64,000 bases of DNA from Lytechinus pictus (lineage: Eukaryota): contig NC_087251.1 in assembly GCF_037042905.1 (NCBI RefSeq), forward strand, positions 15,254,001 to 15,318,000, given 5' to 3'. Positions within the stretch are counted from its first letter, which is position 1. Every line of letters begins with the position of its first letter. The translations under genes and the position numbers were made by a program. Below, piece by piece: positions 52,201-59,339 of this stretch. Under the pieces are notes generated by a model. That model did not search any database. It worked only from the letters and a program-made list of their open reading frames with translations, and had not been told where the DNA came from.

Positions 52201-54588
52201 GATGATGGGGGTGGTGGTGGTGATGACAGTGAGGGATATGATGATGATAGTTAATGATGAATTTTATTCTTTTTGCTATGATAGATGGAGCACCCATCGG
52301 TGTCTAAGAAGAGTGCATGGAGAAGGCTGATGTCTGCTCAGCGTAAGAGAGCTATCATGGCCTGCTTCAGAATGATACCACTCCACCATCTACCAAGGTA
52401 TTGTACCTAACAAATTCAGTGATGGCTGATTTACAGTAGATACTTTTTTCAAACAATCCCTTTTTCAAATTGCAAAAAAAAAAAGTATTTTTTATTATTA
52501 TCTTGAAATTTTCTGAGAAAAAAAAATTCTTGAAATTTTTATATCATTTTACCCTGGTTTTAAAAGAAAAATCTTTCAATTATTACTTTTTTATTTCTGT
52601 TCCAGACATCGGGCAATTAACTATTTCCTCAAGGCTTATAAAGAGAAATGGCTGAGCAATGAAGAGTCAGCCCAACATCTCTTGATTGATGATTTAACTG
52701 TAAGTATACTTTATCCTCAATTCATTTGTTGACTCATATATTATTGTTTCTTTCTTTTTCTTTTTTTTGAAAATACTTTTGTTTAATTAGATCGCTGTAT
52801 CATTAGTATTAACTTTGACTTTGCCATGAGAGATAAAATATGGACATTTGTTTCATTGTATGTCATGATGTCATATGTCATTTTATATTAGTAAAATATA
52901 TAAAAAAGTTGGATGCAGTAGATGCATCCTTTTGAATAATAATAAAACAATGTTATGGTACTGTATAACAGTAATAATGACATGCACATATGTATGTATA
53001 CAAGTAACGCAATATCTTAGATAATGGTAGCATTAGAATTTGGACCCCTTGGTTTCAAAAGAAAAGGAGAACAACTTTTTTTATATAAACTTATGTGGTT
53101 GTTGGAGTTTCTATTATTGGTCAATAAATTAATTGTATTTTCAAAGGGTAGAACAAATTTTACTACTTTAAACATGCGTTATTGGAATTAAAGTGAAATG
53201 ACTGTTCTGAATAAACAGATTAATATTGTAGTTCAATCAAAGTTGATTCATATTTTAATTGTTGCATTTGATCTATCAAACAGAAATGCAGTTCTGAAGA
53301 GCTGCAGGAGTTTGAGCCAGAGAATGTGAAAGATCCCCTCTATCAACTAATCTTGACCTTCAGTCGAGCCTTTGGACTTCAACAGGAGTAAGTGACACAT
53401 TCTAATATATCCAAACCGATGATTATTGAATTCTGGGGGTGTTTCACCAAGAATTAAGTATGATTTAAAGTCGTACTTAAATGTCCTTTTGCATGCTGAA
53501 TTAAAGGCATCATCACATTGGTCAAATCATGCTAAAATGACGCGCGCTACTGCGTATTAATCTATAAGATTGCGCGTTAAATAATCGTGTGCGCATCAGC
53601 ATTTCAAGTCATGCGTAACTCTATGTGAAATACCCCCTAATGTAATTTGTTAATATAATTGTTATTATGTAACTTTCATTTTTTTATAATAGATGTGAGG
53701 GAAAAGGTTAATACTATACATTGTAATCATAATTTAAAATTTTTAGAGAATTTTGACAGTTGACTTTGAACAGTAATTCTGTTAATTTGAAGTACATTTT
53801 AGGCATCTTCCTCTATCCCAGTATATTAATGAAAACACCTCAAAGGCATTTTGTTGATCATACGTACATTTTGAATGCAAATTTTAATTCAATTTGAATA
53901 TTTATCATTTTCTTTACTATGGCTCATTAACTATGCATAAATACAATCTCCGTTCTATTGGCCATGGAGCTACCCGGCGTAATGCATTAGCTATAGATGG
54001 GAACGAGTCTGTTGTTAGTTAGGTATCTATTACAAAAGATTCTAATTGATTTTCATTTCCATTTGTGTTTTTATACCAGTATGTTAGATGAAGATTTCCT
54101 GTATCAGTCCTATGCTGACATCATGAGCAAAAGCTGTAGCGGAGGAGAGGATGATGACGATGATGATGAAGAAGGAGAAGAGAATGGGACATCCTTCCAG
54201 GTATCATAAAGTTTCCCTAGGAGTGTAGTGATTAAATTAAGGAATATGGGAAGTCACCTTTCAAAAAACCTCTCTTAAGTAAAGACTTCATTAAGAGATT
54301 TCACTCTTTATATCAATCATTAAATCAATCTCTCATAAAGGAAGTAAATAAGATTAACTCAATCGCTGAATGTCCAGTCATTGATTTATTGAAAAGAGAG
54401 CAGGGACTACAAGTAATATTTTTTTATGGTGATATAATTGTCACTGGATCATTTATTGAATACTGTTTTTCAATTTTTTCCCATTTAGGAGCAAGAGATG
54501 GAGAAACAGAAGCTGTTGTCAGAGCAGGCTAGGCTGGCTGAGAGAGGGTGTGCAGAGATGGTGCTTCTTCTTATAAGTGCAAGCAAAG
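270..54588 (+). CDS. RyR: Ryanodine receptor, internal multi-exon portion (gene extends beyond both window ends)
   Basis: 48 GT-AG exon positions join in frame (phases checked by hand). They encode RyR motifs: [87 protein letters not shown]. Confidence 0.97.
906..1496. mobile_element. TTAA-flanked MITE (Kolobok/piggyBac-like non-autonomous element)
   Basis: TTAA|AGGCCAAGTCCACCCC ... GGGGTGGACTTGTCCT|TTAA, with long imperfect subterminal inverted repeats. Confidence 0.85.
1600..1761 (+). CDS. RyR: RyR exon ([11 protein letters not shown]...SIRPQL)
   Basis: cag/gtaag, phase 2-2, open frame. Confidence 0.9.
1990..2210. repeat. Compound (GTA)n/(GCA)n/(GGA)n microsatellite
   Basis: Directly visible; explains the poly-V/A and poly-L ORFs. 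Confidence 0.95.
2388..2555 (+). CDS. RyR: RyR exon (…[14 protein letters not shown])
   Basis: RDPIGG motif; cagtag (NAGNAG) acceptor, gtaag donor. Confidence 0.92.
2917..2954 (+). CDS. RyR: RyR exon ([12 protein letters not shown])
   Basis: ttacag/gtaagt, phase 2-1. Confidence 0.9.
3212..3289 (+). CDS. RyR: RyR exon ([20 protein letters not shown])
   Basis: tacag/gtatg, phase 1-1. Confidence 0.9.
3322..3435. mobile_element. Tiny hAT-like MITE (about 114 bp hairpin)
   Basis: TIR CAGTGGTGGACCGTGACCC / GGGTCACGGTACGCCACTG; flanks tgtatcta / tgtattta (7 of 8 match, putative 8-bp TSD). Confidence 0.7.
3842..3999 (+). CDS. RyR: RyR exon ([13 protein letters not shown]…[10 protein letters not shown])
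   Basis: RyR motif; cag/gtgag. Confidence 0.95.
4542..4640 (+). CDS. RyR: RyR exon ([15 protein letters not shown])
   Basis: TREFRSPPQEQ-like motif; cag/gtaat. Confidence 0.95.
5070..7042. mobile_element. TTAA-flanked non-autonomous DNA transposon with an internal palindrome of about 1.6 kb
   Basis: TTAA|AGGAGAAATATATTGA … TCAATATATTTCTACT|TTAA; 5259-~6050 is the reverse complement of ~6070-6850. Confidence 0.85.
7291..7531 (+). CDS. RyR: RyR exon (MRMLLNFK…[10 protein letters not shown])
   Basis: ctag/gtaag; MLLNFK…CP…FH..L..HCG motif. Confidence 0.93.
8010..8269 (-). mobile_element. tRNA-derived SINE
   Basis: Minus strand begins GGAGCATCGTGGCCCAGTGG (A box) … GGTTCAAATCCC (B box). Related fragments at 30147-30333 (-) and 40685-40825 (+). 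Confidence 0.75.
8767..8891 (+). CDS. RyR: RyR exon ([12 protein letters not shown]…[11 protein letters not shown])
   Basis: LLHRQYDG motif; ttag/gtaag. Confidence 0.95.
9419..9567 (+). CDS. RyR: RyR exon ([13 protein letters not shown])
   Basis: Conserved motif; cag/gtaag. Confidence 0.95.
9996..10200 (+). CDS. RyR: RyR exon ([28 protein letters not shown])
   Basis: Conserved motif; tag/gtaag. Confidence 0.96.
11026..11161 (+). CDS. RyR: RyR alternative exon A ([45 protein letters not shown])
   Basis: gacag/gtaagt, phase 0-1; paralogous to exon B. Confidence 0.88.
13314..13497 (+). CDS. RyR: RyR alternative exon B (…[42 protein letters not shown])
   Basis: gtgagt donor, phase 0-1; acceptor uncertain (13314 or 13344, both phase 0). 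Confidence 0.88.
15143..15382 (+). CDS. RyR: RyR exon ([23 protein letters not shown])
   Basis: Conserved motif; tag/gtaag. Confidence 0.96.
15690..15903 (+). CDS. RyR: RyR exon ([26 protein letters not shown])
   Basis: Conserved motif; cag/gtgag. Confidence 0.96.
16294..16544 (+). CDS. RyR: RyR exon ([18 protein letters not shown])
   Basis: Conserved motif; cag/gtaag. Confidence 0.96.
17066..17238 (+). CDS. RyR: RyR exon ([15 protein letters not shown]…GFLPDLRAA)
   Basis: Conserved motif; cag/gtaag. Confidence 0.95.
17611..17831 (+). CDS. RyR: RyR exon ([17 protein letters not shown])
   Basis: Conserved motif; cag/gtttg. Confidence 0.95.
18011..18896 (+). mobile_element. Helentron-associated (HINE/DINE-1/pearl-like) non-autonomous element with internal ~180-bp tandem repeats
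   Basis: 5' T-run and GTCTCGCCTGCA, (GGC)n tract, about 4 tandem cores containing GGTCACATGACCAAGGTCAAAGGTCA, 3' TGCAGGCGAGAC…CACTTGTT; second copy at 30450-30951. Confidence 0.75.
19239..19329 (+). CDS. RyR: RyR exon ([18 protein letters not shown])
   Basis: cag/gtgag; conserved motif. Confidence 0.94.
19757..19897 (+). CDS. RyR: RyR exon (HYERCVTYY…GLFDALAEK)
   Basis: HYERC motif; cag/gtatg. Confidence 0.95.
20468..20631 (+). CDS. RyR: RyR exon ([16 protein letters not shown])
   Basis: Conserved motif; cag/gtaag. Confidence 0.95.
21041..21119 (+). CDS. RyR: RyR exon, RyR repeat 3 ([10 protein letters not shown])
   Basis: AExxHDxW motif; cag/gtagg. Confidence 0.94.
21482..21571 (+). CDS. 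RyR: RyR exon, RyR repeat 3 (NGWTHGE…LRPYKTL)
   Basis: GWxxG…LRPY motif; cag/gtagg. Confidence 0.93.
21825..22202. mobile_element. MITE with 5-bp TSD (copy 1)
   Basis: CCATT|CAGGGTTCCCAGC…GCTGGGAACCCTG|CCATT; internal TCAGGGAA repeats. Confidence 0.85.
22596..22733 (+). CDS. RyR: RyR exon, phosphorylation loop (…[11 protein letters not shown])
   Basis: [25 protein letters not shown]; tag/gtaag. Confidence 0.95.
23371..23448 (+). CDS. RyR: RyR exon ([19 protein letters not shown])
   Basis: Conserved motif; cag/gtaag. Confidence 0.95.
24260..24335 (+). CDS. RyR: RyR exon, repeat 4 ([16 protein letters not shown])
   Basis: Conserved motif; cag/gtcag. Confidence 0.95.
25047..25170 (+). CDS. 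RyR: RyR exon, repeat 4 ([15 protein letters not shown]…[10 protein letters not shown])
   Basis: Conserved motif; cag/gtatg. Confidence 0.95.
25200..25295. repeat. (GAT)n/(GGT)n microsatellite
   Basis: Directly visible. Confidence 0.9.
25640..25663 (+). CDS. RyR: Candidate 24-nt RyR microexon (SEEEEAKKR)
   Basis: aacag/gtaat, phase 2-2, purine-rich, no stop. Confidence 0.55.
26822..26845 (+). CDS. RyR: Candidate 24-nt RyR microexon (RNAFISRAK)
   Basis: U-rich tract, gacag/gtaagt, phase 2-2, no stop. Confidence 0.55.
27058..27203 (+). CDS. RyR: RyR exon ([20 protein letters not shown])
   Basis: IEKRFA motif; cag/gtggg. Confidence 0.92.
27707..27765 (+). CDS. RyR: RyR exon (…GYKFFAK)
   Basis: KFFAK motif; cag/gtatt; phase 1-0. 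Confidence 0.9.
28176..28300 (+). CDS. RyR: RyR exon ([13 protein letters not shown]…STREKELVS)
   Basis: Conserved motif; cag/gtaat. Confidence 0.94.
29941..29994 (+). CDS. RyR: Candidate alternative RyR exon ([18 protein letters not shown])
   Basis: ctaac branch point, tatag/gtgag, phase 2-2; resembles RyR ASxxEKEMxxS. Confidence 0.7.
30450..30951 (+). mobile_element. HINE/DINE-1-like element, second shorter copy
   Basis: Same termini and core repeat as 18011-18896. Confidence 0.75.
32707..32756 (+). CDS. RyR: RyR exon ([16 protein letters not shown])
   Basis: SLFCKLA motif; cag/gtgag. Confidence 0.94.
33361..33421 (+). CDS. RyR: RyR exon ([12 protein letters not shown])
   Basis: gcag/gtatg; phase 1-2. 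Confidence 0.9.
35443..35466 (+). CDS. RyR: Candidate 24-nt RyR microexon (RVSHSDGRS)
   Basis: Pyrimidine tract, catag/gtacc, phase 2-2, no stop. Confidence 0.4.
37369..37613 (+). CDS. RyR: RyR exon ([17 protein letters not shown]…[16 protein letters not shown])
   Basis: Conserved motif; ttag/gtaag. Confidence 0.94.
38077..38158 (+). CDS. RyR: RyR exon ([18 protein letters not shown])
   Basis: QVxCYRIL motif; cag/gtaag. Confidence 0.94.
38985..39011 (+). CDS. RyR: Candidate 27-nt RyR microexon ([10 protein letters not shown])
   Basis: tatag/gtaaa, phase 2-2, purine-rich, no stop. Confidence 0.5.
40932..41074 (+). CDS. RyR: RyR exon ([23 protein letters not shown])
   Basis: PVAFLEP motif; alternative in-phase donor after 41068. 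Confidence 0.94.
42386..42521 (+). CDS. RyR: RyR exon ([20 protein letters not shown])
   Basis: PHxIEVxLPMLC motif; cag/gtaat. Confidence 0.95.
42987..43040 (+). CDS. RyR: RyR exon ([12 protein letters not shown])
   Basis: YLxxWWxxGP motif; cag/gtgag. Confidence 0.93.
43430..43545 (+). CDS. RyR: RyR exon ([24 protein letters not shown])
   Basis: Conserved motif; ttag/gtaag. Confidence 0.94.
43748..43926 (+). CDS. RyR: RyR exon (AQPIL…[13 protein letters not shown])
   Basis: Conserved motif; cag/gtcag. Confidence 0.93.
44403..44473 (+). CDS. RyR: RyR exon ([16 protein letters not shown])
   Basis: Conserved motif; cag/gtaca. Confidence 0.95.
44937..45024 (+). CDS. RyR: RyR exon ([17 protein letters not shown])
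   Basis: ctag/gtaag; phase 2-0. Confidence 0.92.
45201..45503 (+). CDS. RyR: RyR exon ([10 protein letters not shown]…[16 protein letters not shown])
   Basis: Conserved motifs at both ends; cag/gtgag. Confidence 0.95.
46761..46826 (+). CDS. RyR: RyR exon ([22 protein letters not shown]); weak donor, frame stays open to 47312
   Basis: Matches the KDTDEEVREFL-type motif; AAG/gtggag donor. Confidence 0.85.
48225..48319 (+). CDS. RyR: Candidate RyR alternative exon ([31 protein letters not shown])
   Basis: Pyrimidine tract, aacag/gttgg; phase 1-0 complements the phase-1 donor after 47292. Confidence 0.4.
50858..51232. mobile_element. MITE with 5-bp TSD (copy 2), nested in an older CWG-flanked MITE (~50757-51329)
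   Basis: TGGCT|CAGGGTTCCAAGC…GCTGGAAACCCAG|TGGCT; highly similar to 21825-22202. Confidence 0.85.
51527..51667 (+). CDS. RyR: RyR exon (WQRHLYNK…[17 protein letters not shown])
   Basis: WQxxLY motif; cag/gtagg. Confidence 0.93.
51958..52250. repeat. (GGT)n/(GAT)n microsatellite
   Basis: Directly visible; explains the poly-V, poly-H and poly-G ORFs. Confidence 0.95.
52285..52397 (+). CDS. RyR: RyR exon, calmodulin-binding helix ([27 protein letters not shown])
   Basis: Matches vertebrate KKAVWHKLLSKQRxRAVVACFRM. Confidence 0.96.
52606..52699 (+). CDS. RyR: RyR exon ([16 protein letters not shown]…LIDDL)
   Basis: Conserved motif; cag/gtaag. Confidence 0.95.
53284..53387 (+). CDS. RyR: RyR exon ([13 protein letters not shown])
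   Basis: DPLxQLxxxFSR motif; cag/gtaag. Confidence 0.94.
54080..54200 (+). CDS. RyR: RyR exon ([18 protein letters not shown])
   Basis: YADIMxKSC motif; cag/gtatc. Confidence 0.95.
54489..54588 (+). CDS. RyR: RyR exon ([24 protein letters not shown])
   Basis: Conserved motif; ttag/gtact; last constitutive exon seen. Confidence 0.95.
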
Positions 54589-55708
54589 GTACTGTGTTCC
54601 CCCACCCCTCATCCTCCTCCATTCCCTCTTCTCCTTCCTCCTCTCCCTCCTTCCTTCTCTATATATACATCTGTCACCTTTTCTGTCTGTTTGTATCTAC
54701 CTATCTTTCTTTCTTTCATTCTTGTTCACTTTATCATTTACTATCTTGTCTCCCATAGTTCTTTCAGTTCCTTCTCATTCTCTCTCACACTCATTCATCT
54801 TTCACCCTTTTTCTTCTCCATGCTCTAAAAATGTCTCTATTATCCCTTATACCTCATCTTCCCTTTTATTTATACCTACACATTTCTTTATATCTTCAAA
54901 TCCTCCCAAAGCATGTGACATCATGATGGTTTTACAATGTTTTCTTACACTGTTATTGGTGCCTGTGCTTGTATTGTGATGCTTTCATTGTTATACGTTT
55001 AGAAGTAGATATTAGGCACTCTTGTTGAATAGCTTAAGTTTTTATGTTAATGAATGCTGCAGACTTTCGAAGTAAACCAACTAGTCAATTAAGAAAATTG
55101 TGCGGATGATTATGTATTTGTTCAAGTCTTCACTACATATGCTGTTTGCTATTATTTTAACATATTAAGTTTAGTAATTATAATGTAAAGGATGATACAT
55201 ATAATCGCTAGAGGGTATTCATTTGTCTCGCAATCTACTATGGTCAACAAGGAAATTCGTGATCACTCTCGCAAAAAGTGTTCACTGGCTTTCTAGGAAA
55301 TTCGTGATCACTCTCGCAAAAAGTGTTCACTAGCTTACAAGTTCACGAGCTTTCGAGTGCCACTGCAACTCTTTATCAAGTGACGAAAATTATCTGATAA
55401 CGTACTCTATTTATACTAATCTCCAGGACCGTACGCACGAACGCGAGAACAATAGGTGGGCATTGATCCGTTGCGTCGGTATGCGGTGCGGCCGGTAATC
55501 CGTATATGCAAATAAGCCGGGGGTATATGCAAATACGCCGTGGGTCGGCGATATGCAAATTAGACAAAATTGGCGGGCTCGCTAGTTTCCCGTGGGCGGG
55601 GGCTGACTAGCTGAGCGGTCCCTCGTTCGGGGCCGGGAACGATCGTAACTACCGATCATAACTCACCCACCTGAACTCCCGAAAGAAAGAGCACACATAC
55701 GTGGCGCC

Positions 55709-56548
55709 TTGTACAGCAACGGCTACCCACGCCGTTTTATCAAGAACACTTTCAAGAAAAAACTACCACCAAGGGATCAGAAGGTTTTCAAGACTTACAC
55801 AGTCTTGCCATACATAGATGGCCTCTCACAACAACTTAAACGCCGATTAGAAGGTCACGGTATCCGAACGGTTTTCCGCTCGGACACCACCTTACACAAA
55901 CAGCTTGTACACCCCAAAGACCCTATCCCTGATCACAGACGTGATGGCGTAGTATACAACATTCCTTGCCAGGGATGTGACGGGTCTTACATCGGAGAAA
56001 CAGCCCGACCGATAGTTGAACGCATTTCTGAACACAAGCGCGATGTTCGGTTACAGCGAACCGACACATCCGCGGTGGCAGAACATGCTTGGGAGAAACA
56101 ACACCACCCAGATTGGGAGGGTGTACATTGCATTGCCAAAGAGAGACATTGGTATACACGCAGGATTAAGGAGGCTATTAGTATACGTCTTTGTCCTAAC
56201 AACTTCAACAGAGACAGCGGGATCGACATCCCCGACTTCTGGATGCGAACCATCAGACAGCACAATACCCCCTTGCCTGGCAGTGCACGCCGACCCGATC
56301 GTTCCCGGCCCCGAACGAGGGACCGCTCAGCTAGTCAGCTAGCGAGCCCGCCAATTTTGTCTAATTTGCATATCGCCGACCCACGGCGTATTTGCATATA
56401 CCCCCGGCTTATTTGCATATACAGATTACCGGCCGCACCGCATACCGACGCAACGGATCAATGCCCACCTATTGTTCTCGCGTTCGTGCGTACGGTCCTG
56501 GAGATTACTATAAATAGAGTACGTTATCAGATAATTTTCGTCACTTGA
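55709..56548 (+). pseudogene. C-terminal fragment of Penelope-like ORF (RT thumb/linker plus GIY-YIG endonuclease)
   Basis: NGYP…LPY…GVVYNIPCQGCDGSYIGET.R…R..EH…EAISI…NRDSG; RT core missing. Confidence 0.88.
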
Positions 56549-56581
56549 TAAAGAGTTGCAGCGGCACTCGAAAGCTCGTGA
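56541..56581 (+). ncRNA. Minimal type-I hammerhead ribozyme variant in pseudo-LTR (antisense copy at 55343-55383)
   Basis: TCAC TTGATAAA GAGTTGC-AGCG-GCACTC GAAA GC TC GTGA. Confidence 0.6.
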
Positions 56582-57521
56582 ACTTGTAAGCTAGTGAACA
56601 CTTTTTGCGAGAGTGATCACGAATTTCCTAGAAAGCCAGTGAACACTTTTTGCGAGAGTGATCACAAATTTCCTTGTTGACCATAGTAGATTGCGAGACA
56701 AATGAATACCCTCTAGCGATTATTTCAATCCGCAATAATGAACCTATTTAGTATGATACATATAGTCTGCCTGTATAGATTACACTATATTCGGTTCACA
56801 TAAAATCTATCGATATCTAATTTGTTTTCAATGATACAGAAAAGTGGATAAAGAAAGAAACTTTCAATGATAATTTGAAATTCTTAATCTTCCAGTGATA
56901 TTTTTCAAATGAATATCTATTTTTTTAAATATATATAATGTTTTATACAAGTTGTTGTTTGTAATGTCTTGATGCACATCTCATTTAACTATGCATCTTC
57001 TTGCATTTGCTAATTCCCTTGCATTTATTTGTTTGCATAGAAATGCATTGGAAATGTATTTGCACTTTTGATAAATGCATATTTATTGAATTATTGGCAT
57101 AATAGAACAACAACAAAAAACACCCCCCCCCCAAAAAAAAAAAAAAAAATAATAATGATAATAATAACAATAAAAATAAATGAATAAAAAAAATAAATAA
57201 ATGAATAAAAACAGAGCTGAATAATTTTGGAACCACTCATTTGCAAACAATACCCCATCTAATTACTTTTCTGTTTATGTCTTCTTTTTATGGTTTCAAA
57301 TTTATATTTGCAAAAGACATTTTTTTCACATGTAAATGCTGCTACTATGGCTCCCAGCATGGCTTTTATCAAGTAAAATAAGGATGAAGTATAAGATTTT
57401 ACTTTGAATCCTCACTTTGAATGTATGATAATGTCTTGTATATACATGTATGAGATGTATGCTTAAATAGATTAGTTGAAATGAAAACCCCCTTTTGCAT
57501 CTCTAATCTCTGTAACTGCAG

Positions 57522-57542
57522 ACAGAACCCGCTATTCCTATG
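57522..57542 (+). CDS. RyR: Candidate 21-nt RyR microexon (DRTRYSY)
   Basis: ctaat branch point, ctgcag/gtaagt, phase 1-1 matching the upstream exon, no stop. Confidence 0.6.
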
Positions 57543-58060
57543 GTAAGTTTGGGGTCTTGATTTTTTAGACTAATTATTGATTTTACCATTTTTCAGTAAT
57601 AACACATTTGTTTGTCCTAAGAAAATGATGAAAATCGGCTTTTGGGTGATGGAATCGATTTATCTCCATTTGGAAATTAATCATATTATTTTCCTTTTCG
57701 CCATCCTCATCTTTGATTTCAATAAAATCTAAATATTTTCAACTAATTTGATTAAAAGAAATGTAATTAAATGCATGTGTTCTTGAGCCGTGATCATTTT
57801 CTCATTAGTTCATGCATGAATGGAATGCTGAAGCTTGCAGTTGTCTATTTATTCAAAGAAATTTTCAGCATTTTTGCTTTCAGTTTTCATTTCTATAGTT
57901 ATGAGATTTAGTCGTATTAAGAATGAATGGCTGAATGTTCAAGCCAAATCTTAACAGTGTGAATTTTATATTGTAGGAGTATGCCGAAGTGCTTTTTTAA
58001 TACCATACATTAAAATACTTGAAAAATCATAATATTGATGAAACACAAATTCATTATATA

Positions 58061-59262
58061 CAGTGCGTATAAAAAAACGGGACAGATTTGAAAAGTCCTT
58101 AAAATTTTTGTTTCAAATTATGATGTCTATATTTTGGTGTTAATAGGTGCTCTAAGGTCTTATCCTTGAAATGCAATAAAAAAATAATTTTTGCTCATGC
58201 TTGAGCGAACACGGGACATTTTTGTTGGGGGTTCAAAAAGAGGCTTGCGCCAGAATTGCAGAATATGATTAATATGATGATCAGACTTCTTGCTAATCAG
58301 GAGTCTTCCTCTTGACCTTTTCACTATCTGTGCCACAATTTTTGAATTATGCTGTCAAATTTTATTTACAAATTTATTTATTTACTTGAATTATTTTGTT
58401 TTTTCATTTAAACTTCTCTTACCTTTTAATTTTCCTTCATAAGTAACTGAGAAAAGAAGATTTTTTGTCAACCCAAGCAAGAAGATTTGCATTATTAATT
58501 GGGAAAACTTGTGATTATTCAAATCCTTTTATTATGTGAAACAAATTATGTTATGTACCTTTAAAAGACATGAATCTATTTTCAAGGGGTCATTGATTTC
58601 TTGACCAATTTTAATTGCTTGACAGGAAACACAGGAAGGGATTCATGTCTTTCAATGACAATGGTGTATTGAGTCAATTTTGATGGAGCTAGATATGGTA
58701 GATCGGGGAAAATGTATTAAAAAGTTGTATTCAGAAAATAATGTCATATTTCACTTTCTTTCCTTTTATTTCCTGTCCACTTTTTTTCTTGGTCATGATT
58801 TTTTTTAATTGAGGGGGGGGGGGGAGCATCCCGAGCCCCCGCCCATCTGTGTAGCACTGTTCAAACGGCACCATAACCTTTGTAGCACACAATGAAAGGA
58901 TTTGAAAAAAAATCCACGCTCTCCCATACTTCGGTTGAAACAAAATTGTTTTAGCTTAAAGAAGGAATATTCAAAGCTAACAGAGAGCATATTAAAAAGA
59001 AACAACAACAGAACAATTCAAGCAAATAAATAGATCTGAAAATGAATTTTGACCGCATGATTTGAAAATTATGGCAAAGATAATGAAAAGGTTAAGAGAA
59101 AGTCTGCTATGCTAATTAGCAAGAAATCCGATCATCATATTTATAATTTTATGCCATTTTGGCGCAAGTCTCCTTTTTAACCCCAGACAAAAACATTCCG
59201 TGTTCGCTCAAGCATGAACAAAACTACATTTTTTTAATAGCATTTGAAAGATAAGACCTTTA
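58061..59262. mobile_element. Tc1/mariner-like MITE, interrupted in its right inverted repeat
   Basis: TA|CAGTGCGTATAAAAAAACGGGACA; ~58152-58330 is the reverse complement of ~59090-59262, after which similarity stops abruptly. Confidence 0.65.
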
Positions 59263-59339
59263 GTCCGGCAGCCCAGGAGGTTTATTCAACCGAAAGCCGG
59301 ACAAGCAAATGACCCCATAGCTGGATGGCATGGACCCTG

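Larger units (their letters stand above)
55204..56752 (+). mobile_element. 5'-truncated Penelope-like retroelement with inverted pseudo-LTRs
   Basis: GIY-YIG ORF; 55203-55645 is the reverse complement of ~56296-56723; ATGATACATATA at 55192 and 56753 (putative TSD). Confidence 0.88.

Noticed and set aside
51800..52330. Poly-His, poly-Val and poly-Gly ORFs
   Set aside because: Translations of the (GGT/GAT)n repeat; no splice or homology support.
54600..54979. Hydrophobic ORFs after the last constitutive exon
   Set aside because: CT-rich low-complexity intron sequence open in several frames.
55250..55335. Short direct repeats resembling a CRISPR array
   Set aside because: Only two adjacent 45-bp units with no spacers, inside a Penelope pLTR in eukaryotic DNA.
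55376..55567. 63-aa minus-strand ORF nearly identical to the end of the GIY-YIG ORF
   Set aside because: A by-product of the inverted pLTR duplication, not a separate gene.
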